Positions 38,768 to 48,161 of a stretch of DNA of 64,000 nt are shown here, piece by piece. Position 1 is the stretch's first letter, and each line of letters begins with the position of its first letter. Origin of the DNA: Candidatus Latescibacterota bacterium (GTDB lineage Bacteria > Latescibacterota > UBA2968 > GCA-2709665); assembly GCA_965208835.1 (NCBI GenBank), contig OZ242358.1, positions 4,576,001-4,640,000 on the forward strand, given 5' to 3'. The notes below the pieces were generated by a model, which saw nothing but the letters and a program-made list of their open reading frames with translations, ran no database searches and was not told the DNA's origin. A program made the translations under genes and the position numbers.

Positions 38768-40870
38768 ATGAATCGTCGGAAGATACAGCGGATCGCTTTC
38801 CTGCAGGACTATCGGAACCGCCCGGAATCCCTTGTGGACGAGATTCCGGAAGTAGCGGAGCTGGGCTACCACGAGGTTAATCTGGCGGCCGTAATCGGCC
38901 ACGAAGCAGCCGTAGAAGCGGTGGCCGGGAGAGCAGCGGAATACGGCCTCGAGGTCTCCACGTTCACAGGATTCATGAAATACGCGTACCAGCACCTGGC
39001 CGAGCACCCCGAACAGAAGGCCGTTTTCAGCAAGGATGCGGACCACGAGGAACTGGGTAACCTGCCGGCCGTATGGGGATGTCCGTACAACCAGGTGTTT
39101 CAGAAGCGATATATGGACTTTCTGGAACGATTGGGCGGTATTCCGAATCTCACGGAAGTCTGGGTCAACGACGAAGCGTATTTGGGCAGAGACGTGGATC
39201 TGATCGCGTGCTATTGCCGAACCTGCCAGGAAGACTGGGACGGCAAATTCGGCGGGAGGATCCCCATGCCGCCGTTCAGGAACCTGGATGAAAAGACGCG
39301 TCTGGTTACCTGGCGGTTCAGGCGCTGGAACGAAGTGCATGGAAAGATGAAGACAGCCCTGAACCGGGATCACAGGGTCCGCGCGGTATTTCAGAGCGGC
39401 CCGCATCCCTTCTGGGACATCAACCCATGGGTCTGCGGCATGGACATCGACGGCATGGTCGAAGCCATAGACGGTCTGGCCGTGGATGCCTACTACACGT
39501 GCGTGTTGCCGTCCGTGGGAAGCGGGTTGTTTACACCTCCCGAAACTTTCCTTAGCGAGTGCTGCCGTTTCCTTCAGGGCTTCACGCTGGGAGATGACAA
39601 GGTGAGCGTGATGCTGGGGCAGGGCATGTCGCACCCGGAGTTCCACCGGCCTCTGGACGAACGGGACGGATGGTGGCAGGCCGTGGTCCCGCCGGCTCTG
39701 GGCGTGGATCGCGTGACGGCCTATACCTACCGGCTCCAGCGGGTGTCACCGATGCACCGGACCTTTCAGGAGGCGTTTCGCCTGGACCCGTACTTCGAGC
39801 GCACCGAACCCGTGGTCTCCGTTGCCGTGGTGGACAGCCTGGAAACGCAGTGTTGCGACGAGTCGCTGCCCGCACGGGGCCGCGAGAACTGGCGCATGAG
39901 TCGAATGTTTTCCACGGGACAGATGGCCGCTCACTTCGGTCTTTCACACGGGTATCTGCCTTCGTCGAAGCTCGTTCCCGAGTACCTCGATCGCTATCCT
40001 GTTGTGGTGCTGCCCAATGCCTCGTGTCTGCCAGCCGGCCAGCGTGACGCGCTCCTGGCGTACGTGCGCGAAGGCGGTACGTTGGTGGCGATGGGAGAGA
40101 CGGCCACGAGGGACGGGATGGGTCGCCCGCTCAACGGGTCATTTCTCTGCGAGGCATTCGGGATTTCGTCGTGTACACCGGCAGGAGGTACCCGCGTCTT
40201 CCAGGCTGCCGCCGACCACGAGGCGTTCGACAACCTCCCGTGGCCGGATGAACGAACCGCGTGGGATCCCTGGAAAGGCAGGAACCGCCCGGTTCTCGGA
40301 CTGGATCTCGCGGTAGAGGTAGAAACGGAGAGTGAGACGGACGTGCTGGCGGTGTTCGAGGAAGAGGGGTCCCCGACGTCACGACCGGCTATGACGTTGA
40401 AACGCTTCGGAAGGGGTAACGGCGTGTTCGTGGCGGGCATCCCGTCCAGGTGGGTGGACCAGAGGCCGGAGGGTACCACCGTCCTCAGCTTTTCCCGCCA
40501 GGTGGTGGCGCAATTGATTCTTTCGCTTGTGGGAGACCGGCTGCCCGTGGTCGCAAAGGGCTTTCCGCCGAGGGTGCCGCTGCAGGATGTCAGACCGCTG
40601 GACATCCGCTGGAAGCCGACCATGGAGATCATGCCTTCGGCGGGCGAGGACCTGATCCTGGTGACGGTGCCGTCATATTTCAGGGAACCCGGCGCATTCC
40701 GGATCGAAGCCAGGCTGCCGGAAGGCAAACGATGCGCCGGGGTTCGCGAACTGGTGTCGGATCAACCGCTGGAGGACGTCAGAAAGCACGGAAAGGCGGT
40801 GGAAATTGACGTCAATCTGACCACCGAGGACTTCCTTAAGGTGTACGCCTTTTCCCTGGCGTCGGTGTGA
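38768..40870 (+). CDS. GH42-like protein with trimerisation domain (paralog C2)
   Basis: FTGFMKY, WGCPY, VNDEA, CYCRTC, YPVVVLPNASCL..YVREGG. Confidence 0.65.
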   Translation: MNRRKIQRIAFLQDYRNRPESLVDEIPEVAELGYHEVNLAAVIGHEAAVEAVAGRAAEYGLEVSTFTGFMKYAYQHLAEHPEQKAVFSKDADHEELGNLPAVWGCPYNQVFQKRYMDFLERLGGIPNLTEVWVNDEAYLGRDVDLIACYCRTCQEDWDGKFGGRIPMPPFRNLDEKTRLVTWRFRRWNEVHGKMKTALNRDHRVRAVFQSGPHPFWDINPWVCGMDIDGMVEAIDGLAVDAYYTCVLPSVGSGLFTPPETFLSECCRFLQGFTLGDDKVSVMLGQGMSHPEFHRPLDERDGWWQAVVPPALGVDRVTAYTYRLQRVSPMHRTFQEAFRLDPYFERTEPVVSVAVVDSLETQCCDESLPARGRENWRMSRMFSTGQMAAHFGLSHGYLPSSKLVPEYLDRYPVVVLPNASCLPAGQRDALLAYVREGGTLVAMGETATRDGMGRPLNGSFLCEAFGISSCTPAGGTRVFQAAADHEAFDNLPWPDERTAWDPWKGRNRPVLGLDLAVEVETESETDVLAVFEEEGSPTSRPAMTLKRFGRGNGVFVAGIPSRWVDQRPEGTTVLSFSRQVVAQLILSLVGDRLPVVAKGFPPRVPLQDVRPLDIRWKPTMEIMPSAGEDLILVTVPSYFREPGAFRIEARLPEGKRCAGVRELVSDQPLEDVRKHGKAVEIDVNLTTEDFLKVYAFSLASV

Positions 40871-40918
40871 TCGGCCGGCCGTCTCGGCGGCGGCAAATGG
40901 GGAAATTCTCCACGGACA

Positions 40919-41353
40919 TCAGGAACGATCGAGTCGCGACCTGATACAGGCGTCCACGCCGTATTTCCCCGAGCCCGCCAGCAGGAACATCACGGCGATG
41001 GCCAGGTAAAGAAGCGCCATTTCCTTCACGCCGAACGGATCGGCCGCGTGAACGCCGAATGCGGCCACCAGCATCGTGAATCCCATCAAAGCCGTGCCCG
41101 GCCGGGTCAGCAGACCCAGCGCCAGCATCAACCCGCCCCCGAACTCCCCGAACGCGGCCGCCCAGGCGAAGAACTCGGGCAGGGGAAACCCCAATTTTGC
41201 CGTACCGGCCACCAATCCGCCGGACGGCGGGATCTTCCCGATGCCGTGTCCGAATGCCATGCTCAGCCCGGCGATCACCCTCAGAATCGCCAATCCCAGA
41301 TTTGCCTTATCGGAATCAATTTCCGCGCCGCCGAATAAAAGCTCCTTGTACAT
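40919..41353 (-). CDS. DoxX family membrane protein
   Basis: LRVIAG..HGIGK; EFGGGLMLALGLLTR; GSGKYGVD. Confidence 0.9.
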   Translation of the reverse strand: MYKELLFGGAEIDSDKANLGLAILRVIAGLSMAFGHGIGKIPPSGGLVAGTAKLGFPLPEFFAWAAAFGEFGGGLMLALGLLTRPGTALMGFTMLVAAFGVHAADPFGVKEMALLYLAIAVMFLLAGSGKYGVDACIRSRLDRS

Positions 41354-41741
41354 ACGTCTTCTCCCTGTAGTGAAGTGGAGTTGCTGCGCTACGGTCCTTA
41401 TTGTCGTGGAACGACTACCGGCCTCCTGACCGATCCTGTTGCTCTATCCGCCCCATAAGGTTACCTTACATTCAACACAATCTCTCTCGCTGAAGACGTG
41501 CATCAGAACCGGCTCGGCCGATATTCGGCTCGCGGTCGCTGTTTCGACCGCAGTGCCGAATCTCTCCGCCGCGAATCCCGGCGAATTCAATTGCATCGGC
41601 GCCAGGTACCCCGATCGATATCCGGCATCCCTCCCGTTTCCAGTATAGTTTATTGACGACTGAAAATCAAGATTCCTCCTGTTCCAATCTCGCGCCTGAC
41701 ATGACCCGCGGCTGTTTTTCAGCATGAAAGGAGTCGTACGC

Positions 41742-42902
41742 ATGAAAATCACGGACGTAAAGGTCCTGCCGATCGACCGGTATCTCTTTGTGGAGGTCCA
41801 TACGGATGAGGGGATCACGGGGCTGGGTGAATCGGGCGCCTGGGGATACCTGGAGGCCTCGGCCGAGGTGGTGAAGAGTTTCAGGGAATACCTGATCGGG
41901 AAGGACCCCCTGCGTATCGAACACCACTGGCAGGTCCTGTACCGGTGTACGCACTTCCGCGGCGCGGCAATCATGGGCGCCCTGAGCGCGGTGGACATCG
42001 CCCTCTGGGATATCGCGGGCAAGTACTTCGGGGTACCGGTCCACCAGTTGCTGGGCGGCAAGTGCCGGGATAAGGCCCGGGTGTACGGGCACGTGATCGG
42101 GAGCACCAAGGAGGAGCTTCTCAAGGGCTGCGTGCAGGCAAAGGCGGAGGGATTTACCGCCGTGGGCCACCTGACGCCGTTTCTGGACGAGTCCCGAAGT
42201 GTACCCTATTACAAGACCCATACGGACAAGATTCAGGATGCCGTTCAGACCGTGGCCGCGTACCGCGAAGCGGTTGGCGACGAGGTGGACCTGTGCATTG
42301 AAATCCACCGCCGGCTGGACCCTGCCGAGGCGATCGTGCTGGGAAGGGCGATCGAACCCTATCGCCCCTTCTTCTACGAAGATCCCATCCGCCCGGACAA
42401 CCTCGACGCCATGGCCGAAGTCGCTCGGAAGATCGCGATACCCATCGCCACCGGGGAACGAATTCACACCATCTACGAGTTCGAAATGCTCCTGACGCGC
42501 AACGCGGTCCAATACGTCAGGCCGGACGTCTGCATGGCGGGCGGCATCACCCATTGCAAGAAGATCGCGGCCCTCGCCGAGGCGCACTACGTGGACGTGG
42601 TGCCGCACAATCCGCTCAGCCCGGTGAGTACGGCCGCGTGCGTTCAGCTTGCGGCGTGCATTCCCAATTTTGCATTGCAGGAGTACCCCAGGGGCGAAGG
42701 CGAACCGCCGAAGAGCGAGATCGTGTCCGGCGTTCTGACGCTGGAAGACGGATTCCTGATCATCCCGGATACCCCCGGTATCGGCGTGGAACTCGCGGAA
42801 GGCGCCGCGGATAAATACCCGTTTCTTTCGCACCGGCCGCTGCTGGATGAAGGGATGATGGTCACCAGGCTACACGTCGACGGGTCAGTGGTCGATCAGT
42901 AG
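41742..42902 (+). CDS. Mandelate racemase/enolase-superfamily sugar-acid dehydratase (galactonate dehydratase-like)
   Basis: TDEGITGLGE, SAVDIALWDIAGK, EIHRR, FYEDP, ATGER, PHNP, DGSVVD. Confidence 0.88.
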   Translation: MKITDVKVLPIDRYLFVEVHTDEGITGLGESGAWGYLEASAEVVKSFREYLIGKDPLRIEHHWQVLYRCTHFRGAAIMGALSAVDIALWDIAGKYFGVPVHQLLGGKCRDKARVYGHVIGSTKEELLKGCVQAKAEGFTAVGHLTPFLDESRSVPYYKTHTDKIQDAVQTVAAYREAVGDEVDLCIEIHRRLDPAEAIVLGRAIEPYRPFFYEDPIRPDNLDAMAEVARKIAIPIATGERIHTIYEFEMLLTRNAVQYVRPDVCMAGGITHCKKIAALAEAHYVDVVPHNPLSPVSTAACVQLAACIPNFALQEYPRGEGEPPKSEIVSGVLTLEDGFLIIPDTPGIGVELAEGAADKYPFLSHRPLLDEGMMVTRLHVDGSVVDQ

Positions 42903-42981
42903 CACGCATCTGAACGTGTGAACTGCGGAAGGTTGAACTTCACCCCGGACACGTGATATCTGATTCACAGGAGGACTCGCC

Positions 42982-43776
42982 ATGCTTGCGGGGATCACCG
43001 ACGAACAGTGGGAGCGGTTCGAGAACGAAGGATTTCTTCGCCTTGGAAAGGTGATGGACGACGACGAACTGGCGGGCCTGCAGCAGCGCATCGATGACAT
43101 CATGCTTGGCAGGGTGAAGGTCCACGATCAAATGTTCATGCAACTGGACAGTGAGTCCGGCGACTACGCGGAGAAGCGGATCACAACGAGAGGACACCAG
43201 GTTTCGACGTTGAACTATCGGAAAATTCAGGATCTGGAGTTCGACCCGCTGTTCCTGGCCTACATGCAGAAACCCGTTTTCCGCGAGATCTGTGCGAGGG
43301 CCTACGGTCCGGAGACGCCGATATCCAGCTATCGCGCCATGTTTATGAACAAGCCAGCGGGCAAGGGCACGCACCTGCCGTGGCACCAGGACCGGTTCAG
43401 CATCCTCGATACCGATCCGATCGTGACCGTATGGACGGCGCTGGACCCGGTGACGGTCGAGAACGGCTGCGTGGGAGTCGTACCGCGATCGCATCGCGCG
43501 ACCTTCGATCAGGATGAGGCCGCCAGCTTCGCCTTCCTGACCGACGAGCAGGCCGCTGTCGTGCTGGCAAGGGAAACGCACGAATACCTGGAGATGGAGG
43601 CGGGGGAAGCGGCCCTGCTGCACAATTGGCTGCTCCACGGATCGGGGATGAACAAAACCGACGCCTCACGGCGCGGGTTCAGCGTCTGCTACATGGACGC
43701 CGTCACCAGATCCGACAACGGTGCGAGCTTCTCGGTCATCTTCGGAGAGGACGCCCTGACTCCCGGGACGCTGTAA
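42982..43776 (+). CDS. PhyH family Fe(II)/2OG dioxygenase
   Basis: MNKP, PWHQD, ENGC, LHGSGMN..SRR. Confidence 0.9.
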   Translation: MLAGITDEQWERFENEGFLRLGKVMDDDELAGLQQRIDDIMLGRVKVHDQMFMQLDSESGDYAEKRITTRGHQVSTLNYRKIQDLEFDPLFLAYMQKPVFREICARAYGPETPISSYRAMFMNKPAGKGTHLPWHQDRFSILDTDPIVTVWTALDPVTVENGCVGVVPRSHRATFDQDEAASFAFLTDEQAAVVLARETHEYLEMEAGEAALLHNWLLHGSGMNKTDASRRGFSVCYMDAVTRSDNGASFSVIFGEDALTPGTL

Positions 43777-43812
43777 ACGGCGACACCGACACTTCCGTAC
43801 AGGTACTCACCC

Positions 43813-45828
43813 TTGGAAACCGCAGCCGCGAGAGCCCCGAATCCCCTCCATCCAGTGCCCGGCAATGAGACTGACGCGCGCGACGGCCTGACGCCGCGCG
43901 CGTTCGGTATCGGCCTCGTCCTGTGCGTACTCATGTGCGTTGGCCTCACCTACAACCGCATGATCACACAGGGCTCCTTCATTGGCGGCGGGTACTACAT
44001 GGACAGGGGCGCGCTGATAGTCCTGTTCCTCCTTATCGTGGCCGCCAATCCGCTGCTGGGCGCGATCAGGAGCAGGTTCGCCCTGACGCGCGGCGAACTG
44101 CTCGCCATATACGCCATGTTTCTCATTCTCCTGCCCGCGTGGGTGATGACAAAGCCGGTGATCCTCTATACGACCGGCGTCACCTACCACGCGACGCCGG
44201 AGTTGCGTCACATCGAGGCCGTGCCCCCTCACCTGCTTCCCTGGCTCGTGCCGCAGGGGGAGCGCATCGTAACGGATCTCTACGAAGGTCTGCCGAAGGG
44301 GGGTTCGATCCCGTGGCCGGGATGGGTCCTGCCCCTGTGGAGCTGGGGGTCGTTCCTTATCGTACTCTTCATTGTGCTCATCTGCCTGGGCGTGCTCATG
44401 CGCAGGCAATGGGAGGAACACGAACGGTTCGCGTTCCCTCTGATGCAGGTGCCGCTTGCGATGCTGGAGCCAGGAAGGGGCCGGTTCGCGCCCGTGTTCC
44501 GCAGCCGACTGCTGGCCGCCGGGTTCGCGGTCCCGTCTCTGGTCGGCACCCTTCGCGGGCTCCGGTACTACTTTCCAAACATCCCCGTCATCAACCTGGG
44601 GACACACGTTCGCATCTTCCGCCGGACGATGGTGCTGCCTTTCAAGGTCCACTTTCTTGTGCTCGCGTATTCCTACTTCATCAATCTGGACGTGAGCCTC
44701 AGCCTGTGGGTCATCAACCTGATCACAAAGGTGATTCGCGGTGCGCTGGCGATGGTTGGCGCGGGCCAGACCTGGGGGGTGTCCGGGGTCGTGGGACGTT
44801 ACAGTTCCCAGGGATCCGAGTTTCTGGCGATGATGGGGATGGGGTATATCCTCGCGCTGGCCGCGTACAGCCTCTACGTTGCCAGGGGTCACCTTCGGCA
44901 GGTGTGGGAACGGATACGCGGGCGTGCATCGCATCTGCAGGACGCTGACGAAATCGTGTCATACCGGTCGGCCGTGCTTGGCATTGTTCTGGGCGTAAGT
45001 TATCTTGGTTTGTGGCTCTATCAGGCTGGAATTTCGCCGCCGCTGGTTCTGTTTCTTCTTGTATCCAGTCTCATCGTCTTCTTTGTGATGGCGCGGATTG
45101 TGAGTGAAACGGGATTTGTCGCGACCTATTCTCCCCTCAATCCGTCCGAGTTCGTGGTGTGCGCGGTCGGCTCTTCGGCGTTCGGTCCGGCGGGCCTCGC
45201 CACACTGGGGATCAGCTACGTCTGGACGATGACGCGCAGAAATACGCTGATGCCGCACGCCATGGGCGCGCTTCGGCTGGCGCGCGAAATCGGAAGGAAG
45301 CGCGGGCTTGTCTGGGCAATGGGGGCGGCGCTGGCCGTGGGGCTGGTCGCCACGGGCTACACGACGTTGAATTTAGGGTATACGCACGGCGGCGTGAACA
45401 TCGACTATCCGTGGTTCAGCAACGTGAACGACGCGGCTTCTCCGTTTGACGAATTCATCGGACGCCGGCTGCTCGAGCCCAGCCCTGTCTTCACGGTGGG
45501 TTTTCTCTATACTGCCCTGGGTACCGGAGTTGCCGCCCTGCTGATCCTGCTCAGGATGCGGCTGCCGTGGTGGCCGTTCCATCCGGCCGCGCTGCCGCTC
45601 AGTACGGTGTGGTACATGGACTGGTTCGGTTTCAGCGTGTTCCTGGCGTGGGGAATCAAGGCGATCATCCTGCGGGTGGGCGGGGCGGACCTCTACAGGA
45701 AGGCGCGTCCGTTCTTTATCGGAATGATCCTGGGCGAGGTCATGTGCTCGGGTGGCTGGTCGGTGGTAAGCGCCTTTACAGGAAGGCTGAAAACCTGGCC
45801 GTTCATGGGCTACTGGAGCTCGTCGTAA
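43813..45828 (+). CDS. DUF6785/DUF6784-like membrane transporter (copy 2)
   Basis: Same motifs as 9289-11283. Confidence 0.75.
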   Translation: METAAARAPNPLHPVPGNETDARDGLTPRAFGIGLVLCVLMCVGLTYNRMITQGSFIGGGYYMDRGALIVLFLLIVAANPLLGAIRSRFALTRGELLAIYAMFLILLPAWVMTKPVILYTTGVTYHATPELRHIEAVPPHLLPWLVPQGERIVTDLYEGLPKGGSIPWPGWVLPLWSWGSFLIVLFIVLICLGVLMRRQWEEHERFAFPLMQVPLAMLEPGRGRFAPVFRSRLLAAGFAVPSLVGTLRGLRYYFPNIPVINLGTHVRIFRRTMVLPFKVHFLVLAYSYFINLDVSLSLWVINLITKVIRGALAMVGAGQTWGVSGVVGRYSSQGSEFLAMMGMGYILALAAYSLYVARGHLRQVWERIRGRASHLQDADEIVSYRSAVLGIVLGVSYLGLWLYQAGISPPLVLFLLVSSLIVFFVMARIVSETGFVATYSPLNPSEFVVCAVGSSAFGPAGLATLGISYVWTMTRRNTLMPHAMGALRLAREIGRKRGLVWAMGAALAVGLVATGYTTLNLGYTHGGVNIDYPWFSNVNDAASPFDEFIGRRLLEPSPVFTVGFLYTALGTGVAALLILLRMRLPWWPFHPAALPLSTVWYMDWFGFSVFLAWGIKAIILRVGGADLYRKARPFFIGMILGEVMCSGGWSVVSAFTGRLKTWPFMGYWSSS

Positions 45829-45896
45829 TTCGCCCATGGAACGGATGCGGACGGGCGACCCGGGGATCGATATTACATATGCAAGGCATACCTTAA

Positions 45897-47930
45897 GTGG
45901 AGAATATGATGCCAGAACGGAAACGGAAGCTCCGCCGCGCGGCGTTGTTGCTTTTTCCGGACGCCGTGCTGAACGAGGAGACGCTCGACCGGATCGTAAG
46001 CGAAGGATTCACCGACGTGGGCGCGGGCGTAGCGGTAACGCCGGCGGTCAAGCTCCAGGGCTTCTCGCTGGCGCAGTCGGAGAGGCTTGCCCGGATGTGC
46101 GAGGATCGGGACCTGGGGTTCATCGCATTCACAGGGTACATCAAGTATCAGGAACATCTGGTGGCGAAAGAGCCACACCGGCTGATGCATATGGCCGGCG
46201 ATAGCGGTGTACTGGATCTGGACGGATTGCCGGTCCGGTGGTTGTGTCCTTTTCGCCCTGAAAACAAGGCCCACTACCTGTCCCTGCTGATGGAAATCTG
46301 CCAATGGGGGGCTACATGTGAAATTCACCTTAATGACGAGGCGTGTCTCGGGTTTGGAGACGGAACGATCGGCTGTTACTGCGATTTCTGCGAGGCTGAA
46401 TTCCACAAACGGACCGGCGTCAAGCCTCCCCGGCCTGCGGATTGGGATGACCCGCTGTGGTATAAATGGCTGGAAAGCCGCTTTGAAAACTGGGAGGCGG
46501 TGCACTCAGAGCTTCGAAGCGCCATCAAGGATGTCCGTCCCGACGTGACTGTGGGCATCCAGCACAGTCCCGCCATCCCCGAGCGGAATTACAATTCCTG
46601 GCAGACGGCCATCCGCCTCGCGCGCGACGCGCGTTTACAGGACGTTATCGCCACGGACCCTTATCATTTCAATCACGACAACCTCATCCTGCACCGTCCC
46701 CACCGCAGGATCCTTTCGGAGACGACGAGAAGCCTTATGGGTGCCTGTATGGACCGGCAGGTGGATATCTATCCGCAGGGCTTCATGCCGCCGGAGCAGG
46801 CCGTTCCAATGGGCAGGCAGGACGGCCTGCTGGCTGGCGTGGTGCCGTTCGCGCTCGGCGCGGATCTGGTGATGCCGTTTACATACGAGCAGATGAAGAT
46901 CATCCCCGGGTATTTCGAAGCCTTCGACGAGACCCGGCGACTCCTGCCGATGTTCGCGTCACACAGCCCATACAGCTTCGCCACGATGATCATGCCCCAG
47001 CAGTCCGAGATCACCGGCCATTACGAGTCCAACTGGGGACATGAAGGCTTGATCCGGATGGTCGATATGGTCTACCGTACCGGCCTGCCATGGCGCTGGT
47101 TCTGGGACCAGCGGCTGGACGACGCGGGCGATCAGCTGAGCGGCCCGGTCATTCTCCCCGAGGTGCATTGCCTCACGCAGTCCCAGCTCGATTGTGTCAA
47201 TGCGGTTGCGGAACGCGGAGAGGGGCTCCTGTGGATCGGCAACCGGCCGGCCGCTCCCTGGGCAGGGAATGGCGCGTGCAGGCTGCCGTGGGAGGTCGAG
47301 TCGGGCATCTTTGAAGTCGATCTCTTGCGCAACCATCCGCTCACAGAGGGACTGGAACATCCCGTGATCCTGACGACGCGGGTGGCAGGCGGGTATCCGG
47401 AGGGCCAGGTGCTGGGGACCGTCGATGGCCGGCCGGCCCTGGTGCTGGTCGAAGAAGGATCCCGGAGGGAGGCCTGGCTTGCGGGCATGCCTGCCGTGAA
47501 ATATACGGGAAACGTCCCTGGAATGTCCTTTATGGAGGAGACGTCCAACGTGGCGTTGCTGAGGAGACTGATCCTCTGGGCGGCTGGTCGAAGGCCCCTT
47601 GCTCGGTTGACTCCGTTTCCGCCCGTGGACGATTACCGATCGCTGCGGCCGACCGACCGGCGGGCCGTGCCCACCATCGAGATGCTGCCGATGGTCAAAG
47701 ACAGTGATTCGCTGCTGGCCATCGTGTTCCCATATACGCCGGTAAGGAGCGAGACGGAGCTGGAGGTCGTCCTTCCCGAGGGAAAGAGCGCGCACGACGT
47801 CAACGAGATCTGGTCCGGCGCGAACTGGAATGACCGCGTGATATCGGCGAAAGACGGAACGATACGGATACCGCTGGATATTCCCGGCGATTGCGACCTC
47901 CTGGCGATCCACGTAAGGATGGAATGCTGA
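45897..47930 (+). CDS. GH42-like protein (paralog C3)
   Basis: WLCPFRPENKA, HLNDEA, CYCDFC, TDPYH; closest to 16961-18976. Confidence 0.65.
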   Translation: MENMMPERKRKLRRAALLLFPDAVLNEETLDRIVSEGFTDVGAGVAVTPAVKLQGFSLAQSERLARMCEDRDLGFIAFTGYIKYQEHLVAKEPHRLMHMAGDSGVLDLDGLPVRWLCPFRPENKAHYLSLLMEICQWGATCEIHLNDEACLGFGDGTIGCYCDFCEAEFHKRTGVKPPRPADWDDPLWYKWLESRFENWEAVHSELRSAIKDVRPDVTVGIQHSPAIPERNYNSWQTAIRLARDARLQDVIATDPYHFNHDNLILHRPHRRILSETTRSLMGACMDRQVDIYPQGFMPPEQAVPMGRQDGLLAGVVPFALGADLVMPFTYEQMKIIPGYFEAFDETRRLLPMFASHSPYSFATMIMPQQSEITGHYESNWGHEGLIRMVDMVYRTGLPWRWFWDQRLDDAGDQLSGPVILPEVHCLTQSQLDCVNAVAERGEGLLWIGNRPAAPWAGNGACRLPWEVESGIFEVDLLRNHPLTEGLEHPVILTTRVAGGYPEGQVLGTVDGRPALVLVEEGSRREAWLAGMPAVKYTGNVPGMSFMEETSNVALLRRLILWAAGRRPLARLTPFPPVDDYRSLRPTDRRAVPTIEMLPMVKDSDSLLAIVFPYTPVRSETELEVVLPEGKSAHDVNEIWSGANWNDRVISAKDGTIRIPLDIPGDCDLLAIHVRMEC

Positions 47931-48161
47931 GCGTTTTCCATAAACCCCTATTCGAAAAAGACAGTGGCGCTGCGCCGCGGAAAAAGCTTCCGAAATGGGA
48001 CGTAAACGCCGTCCGGAAAGGACGCCTTTTCCGCTCACGTTCAGTGATCTGAAGTATCCTGGTAATCCGTTGTCAAATCGCCATTATCCAATTGCCTGTA
48101 TTCGATTTGACGTCCCGGAAAAGTGACGAATCAATGTTAACGGTTCGGAGGTGGCGGGAAG

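Noticed and set aside
41742-42902. Gene symbol dgoD
   Set aside because: DgoD-like, but no dgoK/dgoA nearby and substrate cannot be determined from sequence.
47940-48115. Short inverted repeats (gcggaaaa/ttttccgc, gtcaaatcg/cgatttgac) as an operator or riboswitch
   Set aside because: Short, not repeated upstream of the other three paralogs, and no recognisable family.
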